The notes: a model not told the origin generated them from the letters alone. Shown: positions 19,400 through 28,133, counted from the stretch's first letter. The stretch: DNA of 32,305 nucleotides from Chloroflexota bacterium (GCA_030611745.1 JAUWPF010000002.1:1-32305); one strand, 5' to 3'. Made by a program: numbers and translations.

Positions 19400-19670
19400 G
19401 GCCTAACGCTCCCTCCTTTTCGCAGTACCCGGCTTAGCTCGCCCCCACCAGGATACCCTAACTGCCCCCACCCCCGACCTAACCTTCCTCACAAACCACC
19501 ACCAGAACAGCCGGACAACTAGAGAACTGTAACCAGAGACTTGCTCACTATATTCCCTGGCCAGCACCCTTATTCACGGCAGTAATTAAGATAGCCCTGC
19601 CGGCTATAAAACCCGGGCCACGAGAATATAGACCACATAACTGTCAAGTTAACCATAAGCGGGTTATCTG

Positions 19671-19691
19671 CACCATACCGGGGGTATGGTG
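19671..19691 (-). other. Perfect 9-bp stem / 3-nt loop hairpin just downstream of the DUF5679 ORF. It has no U-tract, so it is not a canonical intrinsic terminator.
   Basis: On the plus strand it reads caccatacc-ggg-ggtatggtg. It lies 15 nt after the stop of the 46-aa ORF on the minus strand. Confidence 0.3.
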
Positions 19692-19705
19692 AAAACAGCA
19701 ACTAA

Positions 19706-19846
19706 TCAACCCTGGCCAATCCTAAATACCTTAGTTCCACATACCGGACAGGTTCCCCGTGTCGCCGGTCTCCCATTTTTCAGCGTAACCTTCTGGGGAT
19801 TCTTTATCTCTACCTTTTTTCTACACTTAAAACAATACGCTTGCAA
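19706..19846 (-). CDS. DUF5679-family mini zinc-ribbon protein (46 aa), not in the supplied ORF track
   Basis: On the minus strand, an AAAGGAGG SD is followed by 8 nt and then TTG. The translation is MQAYCFKCRKKVEIKNPQKVTLKNGRPATRGTCPVCGTKVFRIGQG*. The CxxC..(x24)..CxxC pattern and the KNGRPAT.G.CP.CGTK.FRIG core match DUF5679 proteins as I remember them from Chloroflexota and Actinobacteria. Confidence 0.75.
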   Translation of the reverse strand: MQAYCFKCRKKVEIKNPQKVTLKNGRPATRGTCPVCGTKVFRIGQG

Positions 19847-19926
19847 TTTCTGGTACCTCCTTTTTCGGCACTGGTTGAACTATATTACTATTCCAGGCAA
19901 GCTGTCAAGGCCTTCAAACGTCCATC

Positions 19927-20844
19927 TCACCAGGGACCGGCACACGGTCCTTCCTGAGAGCCACAGAAAACCTTCTCTGGATGCCACTGCCCCGTTTCCT
20001 GACTAAAGCCCAGCACACCCAGGAAACAGCCATCTTGAGTATAGGCGCGGCAATAGCCACCAGTGTCATCCCGGCCCCCGACCAGGGAACGCCCGTCCCT
20101 TATTTCCCGGGCAGTAGCATCACCGACAATCATAGCCGTCCAGTGCTGAAGTACAATATCTATCGGGTAAACAAAGCGCTGCCAGTAGCCGCAGTGAACA
20201 GCATCCTCAAGCCGGGCGGGCGAAATAGCGTCTACTATATCAAAGAGACCGCATCTCGAACGAACCAGACCCCTCAAATTAGCACCGCAACCAAGAACCT
20301 GCCCCAGGTCATGAGCCAGCGAGCGGATATAGGTCCCCTTACCACATACCACCTCTATCGCCACCAGCGGCGGCTGAAACTCTATAAGCTCAAGGTGATA
20401 AATTTTAGCCGGGCGACTTCTTCTCTCCACCGTGATACCGGAGCGTGCCAGTTGATAAAGTCGCTTACCATGGTACTTCACCGCACTATACATCGGTGGT
20501 GTCTGCGATATCACCCCACGGAAGGAAGCAAGTGCCTGCTCAAGCCGCCCCAGGCCAATCCGGGATGGGTCCTTCCGCTGGGTAATCTTACCACTCCCAT
20601 CATAGGTATCGGTAGCCACTCCCAGTTCAATCTGAGCCCGATAGGTCTTGGTCTGGTCAACCAGAAACTCCGTAATCCGCGTCCCCTGCCCGAGGCAAAC
20701 CGGCAACACGCCAATGGCTATCGGGTCAAGGGTACCAGCATGCCCGACGCGCCGTTCTCCCGTCAGGCGTTTCACCATAGCAACAATACTGAACGAGGTC
20801 ACACCCGCGGGCTTATTAATATTCAGTATGCCATCCACGGTCAA
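19927..20844 (-). CDS. truB: tRNA pseudouridine(55) synthase
   Basis: It shows GILNINKPAGVTSFSIV and the catalytic motif VGHAGTLDPIAIGVLPV. Its position after rbfA is conserved. Confidence 0.95.
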   Translation of the reverse strand: MTVDGILNINKPAGVTSFSIVAMVKRLTGERRVGHAGTLDPIAIGVLPVCLGQGTRITEFLVDQTKTYRAQIELGVATDTYDGSGKITQRKDPSRIGLGRLEQALASFRGVISQTPPMYSAVKYHGKRLYQLARSGITVERRSRPAKIYHLELIEFQPPLVAIEVVCGKGTYIRSLAHDLGQVLGCGANLRGLVRSRCGLFDIVDAISPARLEDAVHCGYWQRFVYPIDIVLQHWTAMIVGDATAREIRDGRSLVGGRDDTGGYCRAYTQDGCFLGVLGFSQETGQWHPEKVFCGSQEGPCAGPW

Positions 20845-20847
20845 CCC

Positions 20848-21231
20848 CTATCCCGGCTGAGGCAGGTCATCGGTGGTCACTTTATCAATGAGTTCCAGGA
20901 GGTGAGCCCCTCGCCTGATAGAATCATCCCACTGAAAGCTCAGTTCTGGAATATGTCTTAGCCGCAGACGCTTGGCCAGCTGCCTGCGGAAGAAACCCGA
21001 AGCCGAAACCAGCGCGCTCAGAGTCTCCCGTTTTTCCTCTTCACTTCCAATACGGCTGATAAATACCCTGGCATATCTTAAGTCAGGGGAAGTAGAAACC
21101 TCGGTTACAGTGACAAAGTTGTCAAGTCGCGGGTCCTTGACCTGGCGTTGTAGTAACTGGCTAATTTCATAGCGGATAACACTATTCACCCGCTCGATAC
21201 GATACGTCACAACTACCACCCCCTTACGCAA
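20848..21231 (-). CDS. rbfA: Ribosome-binding factor A. The start is uncertain: TTG 21231 from the track, or more plausibly GTG 21210.
   Basis: It has RIERVNSVIRYEISQLLQRQVKDPRL..VTVTEVSTSPDLRYARVF and LRHIPELSFQWDDS, which are RbfA hallmarks. The SD-like AAGGGGG is positioned for the GTG at 21210. Confidence 0.9.
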   Translation of the reverse strand: MRKGVVVVTYRIERVNSVIRYEISQLLQRQVKDPRLDNFVTVTEVSTSPDLRYARVFISRIGSEEEKRETLSALVSASGFFRRQLAKRLRLRHIPELSFQWDDSIRRGAHLLELIDKVTTDDLPQPG

Positions 21232-21247
21232 CCCACCCGATTACCTG

Positions 21248-23083
21248 CTAAGCTACTTCCTCGGTGTGAAAAACTTCCACTATATCACCAACCTGAAATT
21301 CGCTAAAATCCTTGATGCCCACCCCACACTCAAAACCAGTGGCCACCTCTTTAACATCATCCTTGAACCGCTTCAGGCTGCTGACTGGAGACTCACATAA
21401 CATTTGCTCCCCTCGCCACACCCGGGCAAAGGCCCCCCGGCCCAGCTTACCCTCGGTAACATAGACACCGGCTGCTTTCCCTACCTTCCCCTTGGAAAAG
21501 ACCGCCCTCACTTCGGCCCGTCCATCAGTAACCTCCACCAGGGAAGGCTTAAGGATACCTTTCAGCGCCTTTTCCACATCAGCCACCAGATCGTAAATTA
21601 CATCATAGTAACGGATACTCACCCCCTCCACCTCAGCCAGCCGCCGAGCCCCTGGCTCAGCACTGGTGTTAAAACCAATAACCAGCCCTTTAGAGGCAAT
21701 AGCCAGCATAACATCACTCTCGCTAATATTACCACTACCACTATGGACAACCCTGACCCGGGCCTCATCCGTTCCCAGCCGTTCCAGAGAAGCCCTTATC
21801 GGCTCAATGCTACCCTGAACATCAGCTTTCAAAACGACGTTAAGCTCCTTCACCTCACCGGCACTTATCTGGTCGGAGAGGGTAGTCAGGCTCACCGGTT
21901 TTGCCCCCTGCCGCATCTCCCGCTCGCGCTCCTGGATCAGGGAGTGAGCCTGGGTCTCATTAGCTACCGCCATCAGGGTATCTCCCACTTGAGGCACACT
22001 ACCCAGACCCAGGACTGCTACCGGCGTAGACGGCTCAGCCTTCTTCACCCGCTTGCCCCTGTCATTGAACATCGCCCTTACCCTGCCCCACGTGGTACCA
22101 ACCACCACCACATCACCAACCTTCAGGCTACCGTTATGAACCAGCACCGTAGCTAACGGCCCCCTGGCTTTGTCCAGTTCAGCTTCAATAACCGTGCCCA
22201 TTGCTGGTCGAGCCGGGTCCGCCCTGAGATCCTCCACCTCAGCCACCACCAGAACGTTTTCCAATAGCTCAGAGATGCCCTTTTTCTTCTTGGCTGAAAT
22301 GGGGACACAGACAGTATCGCCCCCCCACTCCTCAATAAGCAGACCGGCATCAGCCAGCTGTTGCTTAACCAGTTCGGGGTTAGCCTCAGGTTTATCTATT
22401 TTATTGATAGCCACCACAACAGGCACCCCGGCCGCCCGGGCATGGTCTATGGCTTCCAGAGTCTGGGGCATCACCCCATCATCAGCCGCCACCACCAGAA
22501 CAGTGATATCGGTCACCTGGGCACCACGAGCCCGCATTGCCGTAAATGCCTCATGGCCCGGGGTATCCAGAAAGGTGATCTTCTGCCCGTTTACTTCTAC
22601 CTGACAGGCACCAATATGCTGGGTGATTCCCCCCGCTTCGGTAGCCATTACATCAGTCTGCCGGATAGCATCAAGAAGCCGGGTCTTCCCATGATTAACA
22701 TGTCCCATAACGGTAATTACTGGCGGGCGTGGCCGCAGCTCACCAGTCTCACCGCCCTGAAACATTTGACGCCGTTTAGCCTTAACAGCGGCATCAACTG
22801 ACCCTCGTCCGGTGCGAGGCTCGGGATGTGCTTCATAATCCAAGCTCACTGCCACCGCTGCCGCCATCTCATAGTCTACAACCTGATTAATACTGGCTAA
22901 GATATCATCTTTCATCAGTCGTTTGATAACACTCACGGCACTAACCCCGAGCAGGTCAGCCAGCTGCCTCACGCTCAAGTTACGAGGAATCCCAACAGAA
23001 CGCACCTCCGTCGACGAAGTCTCCTCGCCTGTCACTTCACCCGCGAATTTAGCAGCCTCAGCCGGTTTATTTCTTTCTACCAC
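21248..23083 (-). CDS. infB: Translation initiation factor IF-2 (611 aa, short N-terminal region, GTG start)
   Basis: The G domain shows [22 protein letters not shown] and NKID, followed by the C-terminal IF2 domains. The stop/start overlap with ylxR reads TAGTG. Confidence 0.97.
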   Translation of the reverse strand: MVERNKPAEAAKFAGEVTGEETSSTEVRSVGIPRNLSVRQLADLLGVSAVSVIKRLMKDDILASINQVVDYEMAAAVAVSLDYEAHPEPRTGRGSVDAAVKAKRRQMFQGGETGELRPRPPVITVMGHVNHGKTRLLDAIRQTDVMATEAGGITQHIGACQVEVNGQKITFLDTPGHEAFTAMRARGAQVTDITVLVVAADDGVMPQTLEAIDHARAAGVPVVVAINKIDKPEANPELVKQQLADAGLLIEEWGGDTVCVPISAKKKKGISELLENVLVVAEVEDLRADPARPAMGTVIEAELDKARGPLATVLVHNGSLKVGDVVVVGTTWGRVRAMFNDRGKRVKKAEPSTPVAVLGLGSVPQVGDTLMAVANETQAHSLIQEREREMRQGAKPVSLTTLSDQISAGEVKELNVVLKADVQGSIEPIRASLERLGTDEARVRVVHSGSGNISESDVMLAIASKGLVIGFNTSAEPGARRLAEVEGVSIRYYDVIYDLVADVEKALKGILKPSLVEVTDGRAEVRAVFSKGKVGKAAGVYVTEGKLGRGAFARVWRGEQMLCESPVSSLKRFKDDVKEVATGFECGVGIKDFSEFQVGDIVEVFHTEEVA

Positions 23084-23394
23084 TAGCTCGCCCCTTCATC
23101 ATCGTCTTTCATTTCTCTTCCATATTTCACGAGCTGCTCCCGGTTATCCTCACTAAGTTTGACCCGCAGAACATGCTCCAGCCGACCACCCTTTAGCCCT
23201 TTCTCCCAGCAGTCTCTTACCTGGCACAGATAACCCCCGCGCCCCGACTTCTTACCCCCGGGGTCAACCTCAACATACCCGCTAGCGGTACGTACCAGGC
23301 GCACCAGCTCCCGCTTCGCCTTCACCCGACGACAGGCAACACAGGTCCGCTGCGGTACATGCTTAATACTCCTCATCTTCATCACCGACAACAT
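23083..23394 (-). CDS. ylxR: YlxR/RnpM-family (DUF448) RNA-binding protein. There are three candidate ATG starts between 23376 and 23394.
   Basis: It has the [20 protein letters not shown] and GRGGYLC motifs. Its position between nusA and infB is conserved. Confidence 0.88.
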   Translation of the reverse strand: MLSVMKMRSIKHVPQRTCVACRRVKAKRELVRLVRTASGYVEVDPGGKKSGRGGYLCQVRDCWEKGLKGGRLEHVLRVKLSEDNREQLVKYGREMKDDDEGAS

Positions 23395-24787
23395 CTATCA
23401 CCTGGCGTACTTTCCTGGGTCTGGCACCTCCGTCACTACCTTCCCTATCCGGCGGGGTGCTTTTCTTTTTCCTCTTCTTCCTTGATTTAGCCTCAGGCTT
23501 AGTAGGTGCCTTCACCATTATGTCTTCAGCAAAACGAAGCTGCGGCTTCCGCGGCGCTAAAGGAGAAACCTCAACCGGGGGAATAAACGGTACCGACTCT
23601 ACTGCCTCTTCAGCCGATGCCCCGCCAGCTACTGGCCCGGCTGCTACCGGGGCCGCCTCCATTACCTCGGGCATCTCAACCGGAGGTTCTTCACCAACCA
23701 CAGCTTCTTCTCCAGCCGGGGCTAGAGACCGGGCTGCCTCCGCCTTCTCCATCTCAGCCACCGAGGCGCCCTTAATATCAATTCGCCAGCCGGCAAGCTT
23801 GGCCGCCAGCCTGACATTCTGCCCCTCCTTACCGATAGCCAGAGAAAGCTGCCGGTCAGGGACAACCACCGTGGCTACCTCTCCCTCCCTGTTAAGCTCA
23901 ACGTTCAATATTTTAGCCGGGCTAAGGGCATTAGCGATAAAGACAGCGTCATCCGGGTTCCACATGACAACGTCCAGTTTTTCGCCATTCAGCTCGCCGA
24001 CAATATTCTGGATTCTGATGCCGCGAAGCCCGACACAGCAACCAACCGGGTCAATACCCTCCTGGTGTGCAGCCACAGCAACTTTACTCCGGTAGCCAGC
24101 TTCCCGGGCAACCGCCTTTATCTCGACTGCCCCGTTAAAAATCTCCGGGACCTCCAGCTCGAACAGCCGGCGAAGCAAACCTGGATGAGAGCGAGACACT
24201 ATCACCCGGGGCCCTCTACTGGTTTTAGCCACCTCTACAAGGTAAACCTTCAGCCTCTGCCCGACCCGGTATCTCTCAGTACGTACCTGCTCGGTCTGAG
24301 GCAGCACTGCCTGCGCCCTACCCAGATCAACAAAAACCTGCCTGGGCTCAATGCGCTGCACCAGACCACTAACGATATCGCCCTCCTTACCCAGATACTC
24401 CTCAAATATAGCGCTGTGCTCAGCATCATGAAGACGCTGCATAATTACCTGCTTTGCCGTTTGAGCAGCAATACGCCCCGCATTGTGAGGGGTAGCCTCA
24501 ACCATAACGGCCTCGCCAATTTGCACCTCCGGTTTTATCTGGCGTGCCTCGGTCAGTGAAATTTCATCGCAACGGTCTCCAGCTTGTTCAACTACGGTCT
24601 TTTCCGCCCACACCTCAACCTTACCATTAGCTGGATTAAGCTTAACCACAATATGCTGGTCAGGAGCGAAATTGTCCTTCCTATAGACTGATACCAGAGC
24701 CGACTCCACGGCAGAAATAACCACCTCTTTAGGCAGGTTTTTCTCTGCTGAGAGCTGGGTAAGCGCCAGGAGAAAGTCGCTCTTCAT
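23363..24787 (-). CDS. nusA: Transcription termination/antitermination factor NusA, with a low-complexity C-terminal tail of about 130 aa
   Basis: It has an N-terminal domain, an S1 domain ([21 protein letters not shown]), and KH1/KH2 domains ([21 protein letters not shown] and [23 protein letters not shown]). Confidence 0.96.
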   Translation of the reverse strand: MKSDFLLALTQLSAEKNLPKEVVISAVESALVSVYRKDNFAPDQHIVVKLNPANGKVEVWAEKTVVEQAGDRCDEISLTEARQIKPEVQIGEAVMVEATPHNAGRIAAQTAKQVIMQRLHDAEHSAIFEEYLGKEGDIVSGLVQRIEPRQVFVDLGRAQAVLPQTEQVRTERYRVGQRLKVYLVEVAKTSRGPRVIVSRSHPGLLRRLFELEVPEIFNGAVEIKAVAREAGYRSKVAVAAHQEGIDPVGCCVGLRGIRIQNIVGELNGEKLDVVMWNPDDAVFIANALSPAKILNVELNREGEVATVVVPDRQLSLAIGKEGQNVRLAAKLAGWRIDIKGASVAEMEKAEAARSLAPAGEEAVVGEEPPVEMPEVMEAAPVAAGPVAGGASAEEAVESVPFIPPVEVSPLAPRKPQLRFAEDIMVKAPTKPEAKSRKKRKKKSTPPDREGSDGGARPRKVRQVIDVVGDEDEEY

Positions 24788-24828
24788 TTCTAATTAAAAC
24801 CTCCCCCTCCTATTATCCACCATACAAC

Positions 24829-24853
24829 AAAAAAGTGGGAATCAAACCCACTT
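24829..24853 (-). terminator. Intrinsic-terminator-like hairpin inside the nusA 5' leader (candidate attenuator)
   Basis: The minus-strand RNA reads AAGUGGG-UUUGAUU-CCCACUU followed by UUUUG, which gives six consecutive U in total. It lies between the predicted nusA promoter and the nusA SD/ATG (24787). Confidence 0.5.
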
Positions 24854-24879
24854 CAACTACTTCATCTTCGTTTAGTGAA

Positions 24880-24908
24880 AGTATACCACAATCAAGCTCT
24901 AGATGCAA
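24880..24908 (-). promoter_or_regulatory. Sigma70-like promoter for the nusA operon (TTGCAT-17 nt-TATACT with an upstream TG, i.e. extended -10)
   Basis: The reverse complement of 24903..24908 is TTGCAT and of 24880..24885 is TATACT. The spacer is exactly 17 nt and ends ..TGG. Confidence 0.5.
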
Positions 24909-25062
24909 CAGACAGTCGGTCGGGTTACCTGCTTAAATGATTTGGGACGCCAGGCACTCAGGCACTTAGACAACCGGAGCTCCGTCCCCATCTGGAAATA
25001 CCACCCGTGTTAGGCTATACTATTAACAAATAAGCACCAGCCCGGAGAGAGAAGGGGGAAGA

Positions 25063-26235
25063 TTGGATACCGGAGAAGCCAAAGCCCGAGTCATAAAGGA
25101 AATAGAGGCCCGTCGCCGTGAACTCAGCGAGCTGAGCCTGAAAATCCATGCCAATCCTGAACTGGGTTTCAAGGAAACCAGGGCAGCGGGCTGGTTAACC
25201 GGGTACCTGGAGAAAAATGGTTTTCGCATCGAGAGGGGTATCGGGAGACTACCTACTGCCTTCAGGGGGAGTTATGGACAGGGCAAACCAGCCATCGCTA
25301 TCCTGGCTGAGTATGATGCCCTGCCCGGGCTTGGTCATGCCTGCGGGCATAATCTAATCGGTGCGATGGCTGTGGGTGCTGCAGCGGCCTCCAAACCAAT
25401 CATCGACCACTTCGGCGGCAGTATTGTCGTCCTCGGCACTCCGGCCGAGGAGCTATACGGAGGCAAAGCGATACTGGCAGAGCGGGGAGCTTTCAACGAA
25501 ATCGATCTGGCAATGATGGTTCACCCTGCGGTCCATGACACCGCTACCACCCAGGCCCTTGCCTGCATCAGCCTGGAGATTGAATTCTTTGGCAGGGAAG
25601 CTCATGCCGCTGCCCGACCCGAAGCAGGCATCAACGCCCTGGAAGCCATGCTCCAGGCCTTTGCCGCCATCAACTCACTGAGACAGCACATCAAGAGTAA
25701 GGCTCGCATTCACGGCATCATTACCGATGGCGGGCAGGCAGCCAATATCGTCCCTGCCCACAGTGCCGGAAGTTTCCTGGTAAGGGCTGAGGACGATGCC
25801 TACCTTGACGAGCTGAAACAAAAGGTTATAAACTGCTTTATCGGCGCGGCTACTGCCACCGGCGCCCGCCTGGAATACAAGTGGGCAGACATCCATTATG
25901 CCCCCCTGCGCAATAATTTAACCCTGGCTCGACTGTTCAAACGCAACATGCTGTCCCTGGGACGCCAGATACAGCTCCAGAACCCCAGGCAGTCCTTTGG
26001 CAGTACCGATATGGGCAATGTCAGCCAGTTAGTACCCAGCATCCACCCTTCAGTAGCTATAGCTCCCCAAGATATCTTACTGCACTCTCCCCAGTTTGCC
26101 GCCGCGGCAGCATCCGAAGCCGGCACCAGGGGGCTTATTGATGCCGCCAAGGCTCTAGCCATGACCGTAGTCGACCTGGTAGCCAGCCCCGAAATAGTCA
26201 TCAAGGTCAGCCAGGAGTTCAAAAAACGGAAATGA
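25063..26235 (+). CDS. M20-family metallopeptidase/amidohydrolase (M20D, AbgB/aminoacylase-like)
   Basis: It shows IHANPELGFKE and the HACGHNLIG metal-binding motif. It has the GTPAEE motif and a dimerisation-domain insert. The TTG start follows a GAAGGGGGAAG SD. Confidence 0.85.
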   Translation: MDTGEAKARVIKEIEARRRELSELSLKIHANPELGFKETRAAGWLTGYLEKNGFRIERGIGRLPTAFRGSYGQGKPAIAILAEYDALPGLGHACGHNLIGAMAVGAAAASKPIIDHFGGSIVVLGTPAEELYGGKAILAERGAFNEIDLAMMVHPAVHDTATTQALACISLEIEFFGREAHAAARPEAGINALEAMLQAFAAINSLRQHIKSKARIHGIITDGGQAANIVPAHSAGSFLVRAEDDAYLDELKQKVINCFIGAATATGARLEYKWADIHYAPLRNNLTLARLFKRNMLSLGRQIQLQNPRQSFGSTDMGNVSQLVPSIHPSVAIAPQDILLHSPQFAAAAASEAGTRGLIDAAKALAMTVVDLVASPEIVIKVSQEFKKRK

Positions 26236-26330
26236 TTAAGGCGCGAAGACAGAGAGCGTAGCAGGATAAGGAGAGTCAATGGAAGCCTATTTAGGAGAGA
26301 AGCTCAAAATAAAAAGAGAGAGGAAAAATC

Positions 26331-26657
26331 ATGGGTAAACCGGTTGAAATCCAGGATAGTAATTTTGACCAGATGGTGTCGAAGTCAGAGATACCGGTAC
26401 TGGTAGACTTTGGGGCACCGTGGTGCGGGCCCTGCCGGATGGTGGAACCAATACTAGATGAACTGGCTGAAGAGTACAGCGGTAAGATAAGCATCGTGAG
26501 GTTGGATGTTGACCAGAACCCGAAGACAGCCAGTAAATATGGCATAATGAGCATCCCCTCCCTGCTCATCTTTAAGAATGGTGAGCCTGTCTCCAATATC
26601 GTCGGTTTCAGACCCAAGGCGGAGCTGAAGCGAAGTCTGGACGCCGTCCTGGAATAA
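26331..26657 (+). CDS. trxA: Thioredoxin
   Basis: It has the WCGPC active site, is 108 aa long, and has a typical fold-length sequence (VLVDFGAPWCGPCRMVEPILDELA). Confidence 0.93.
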   Translation: MGKPVEIQDSNFDQMVSKSEIPVLVDFGAPWCGPCRMVEPILDELAEEYSGKISIVRLDVDQNPKTASKYGIMSIPSLLIFKNGEPVSNIVGFRPKAELKRSLDAVLE

Positions 26658-26661
26658 ACAC

Positions 26662-27579
26662 ATGAAAAACGAGTACCAGCTAATCATTATCGGTGGCGGT
26701 CCGGCCGGGCTTACTGCGGGAATATATGCCGCCAGGAGCAGGCTCAGTACCCTCCTTATTGAAAAAGGGCTCGCCGGCGGCCAGATAATGAATGCTGAGC
26801 TGGTGGAGAACTTCCCCGGTTTTCCCCAGGGTATCAGTGGCCTTGAACTCGGCCAGTCAATGCACCAGCAGGCAGTAAAATTCGGGATGGAAACCTTAAT
26901 GGCTGAGGTCACCGGCATCGAGGCCAAAGGAGAACGAAAGGTAGTAAAGACGAGCGAGGGCGACTTTATCGCCAGAGCAGCAATCATCGCCAGTGGCTCA
27001 GAGCGGCACAAACTTGGTGTCCCCGGGGAAGACGACCTTACCGGTAAAGGAGTATCTTACTGCGCTACCTGCGATGGGGCTTTCTTCAGAGACAGAACCG
27101 TAGCTGTAGTTGGCGGCGGCGATGCTGCCCTTACTGAAGCCATCCACCTTGTCAGGTTCGCTTCCAGGGTGATCGTCATCCACCGGCGAGACCAGCTCCG
27201 GGCGACCCGTATCCTGCAGGAAAAAGCCTTCGCCGAACCAAAAATGGAATTCCGGTGGAACAGTGTCGTTAAGGCGATTGAAGGCAACAACTCGGTCAGG
27301 CAAATAAGGCTGCGTCAGGTAAAGACCGGAGAGGAGTCAACCCTTAAGGTAGATGGCATCTTTATATCCGTCGGGTTTACTCCCAATACCGGCTACCTTA
27401 AGGGCGTTTTACCCCTGGATGAGAGCGGTCATATCATTACCAACGACAGGATGGAAACCGGGATACCCGGTATCTTTGCCGCCGGAGATATGCGCCACAA
27501 CTCCGGCCAGCAGGCAATCACCGCCGCCGGCGACGGTGCCACTGCCGCTATCTATGCCGAAAGGTTCATCAACAAATGA
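26662..27579 (+). CDS. trxB: Thioredoxin-disulfide reductase (low-Mr type)
   Basis: It has the FAD motif IIIGGGPAGLTAGIYAAR, the redox-active CATCDG, the NADPH motifs VVGGGDAALTEA and HRRDQLRA, and GIFAAGD. Confidence 0.93.
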   Translation: MKNEYQLIIIGGGPAGLTAGIYAARSRLSTLLIEKGLAGGQIMNAELVENFPGFPQGISGLELGQSMHQQAVKFGMETLMAEVTGIEAKGERKVVKTSEGDFIARAAIIASGSERHKLGVPGEDDLTGKGVSYCATCDGAFFRDRTVAVVGGGDAALTEAIHLVRFASRVIVIHRRDQLRATRILQEKAFAEPKMEFRWNSVVKAIEGNNSVRQIRLRQVKTGEESTLKVDGIFISVGFTPNTGYLKGVLPLDESGHIITNDRMETGIPGIFAAGDMRHNSGQQAITAAGDGATAAIYAERFINK

Positions 27580-27630
27580 AAACGAGCGGGAGCTATCCAA
27601 AACATTGCCAATATTTATACCTGAATTTAC

Positions 27631-27659
27631 TTTTACTTCACCTGATGGTGAAGTATAAT
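27631..27659 (+). promoter_or_regulatory. Possible promoter for the rplI-dnaB operon (TTTACT-16 nt or TTTTAC-17 nt, then TATAAT). A 20-bp palindrome lies within it.
   Basis: A perfect TATAAT lies at 27654..27659, and a -35-like TTTTAC/TTTACT at 27631..27637. The palindrome ACTTCACC-TGAT-GGTGAAGT occupies 27635..27654. Confidence 0.4.
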
Positions 27660-27676
27660 GGGGACAAGGGGGAATT

Positions 27677-28132
27677 ATGAGAGTTATCTTACTTGAGGAT
27701 GTGCCTAATGTAGCTAAAGCCGGCGAGATAAAAGAGGTAGCCGATGGCTATGGCAGAAACTTCCTCATCCCGAGAAAGCTGGCCTTGCTGGCCAAGCCCG
27801 GTATCGCCAATGAGATAGAAGTCCAGCGCCAGATACAAGCCCGCCAGCAGGAAAAGATGGAGACAGACCTGCAGAAGCTGGCCAGTGACCTGGAAGGAAA
27901 GGAATTTACCCTGAAAGCCAAGGTTGGTGCCACGGAGAAGCTTTATGGCTCAATTACCACCGCCGATATCGCCGCTGAACTGGAGAACGCCACCGGGATG
28001 GTGATTGATAAAAAGAAGATAGAGCTGGACGAGCCCATCCGCCAGCTTGGCAGCTACGAGGTAGTCATCAAACTCGCCAGGGACATAGCCCCCACCATAA
28101 AGGTTACCGTGACTGAAAGGGAGCCAGAATAG
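27677..28132 (+). CDS. rplI: 50S ribosomal protein L9
   Basis: MRVILLEDVPNVAKAGEIKEVADGYGRNFLIPRKLA is a canonical L9 N-domain. The length is 151 aa. Confidence 0.95.
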   Translation: MRVILLEDVPNVAKAGEIKEVADGYGRNFLIPRKLALLAKPGIANEIEVQRQIQARQQEKMETDLQKLASDLEGKEFTLKAKVGATEKLYGSITTADIAAELENATGMVIDKKKIELDEPIRQLGSYEVVIKLARDIAPTIKVTVTEREPE

Positions 28133-28133
28133 G

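Noticed and set aside
19686-20006. A 106-aa plus-strand ORF filling the ino1-truB spacer.
   Set aside because: It is antisense to the well-supported DUF5679 ORF and to the truB 3' end. It has no SD and no recognisable motifs.
24813-24821. A DnaA-box-like 9-mer TTATCCACC in the nusA leader.
   Set aside because: It is a single near-consensus box with no cluster and no AT-rich unwinding element nearby, so it is most likely chance.
24833-24853. A tRNA T-arm-like stem-loop upstream of nusA. I checked this because E. coli has tRNA metY there.
   Set aside because: The loop is UUUGAUU and lacks the conserved TPsiC-R-A pattern. I could not build acceptor, D or anticodon arms from the flanks. The following U-tract fits a terminator instead.
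26279-26338. A 19-codon upstream ORF (MEAYLGEKLKIKRERKNHG) with an AAGGAG SD, ending 5 nt inside the trxA start region.
   Set aside because: It is too short to evaluate, it sits in a purine-rich region that creates SD-like strings by chance, and there is no supporting conservation information.
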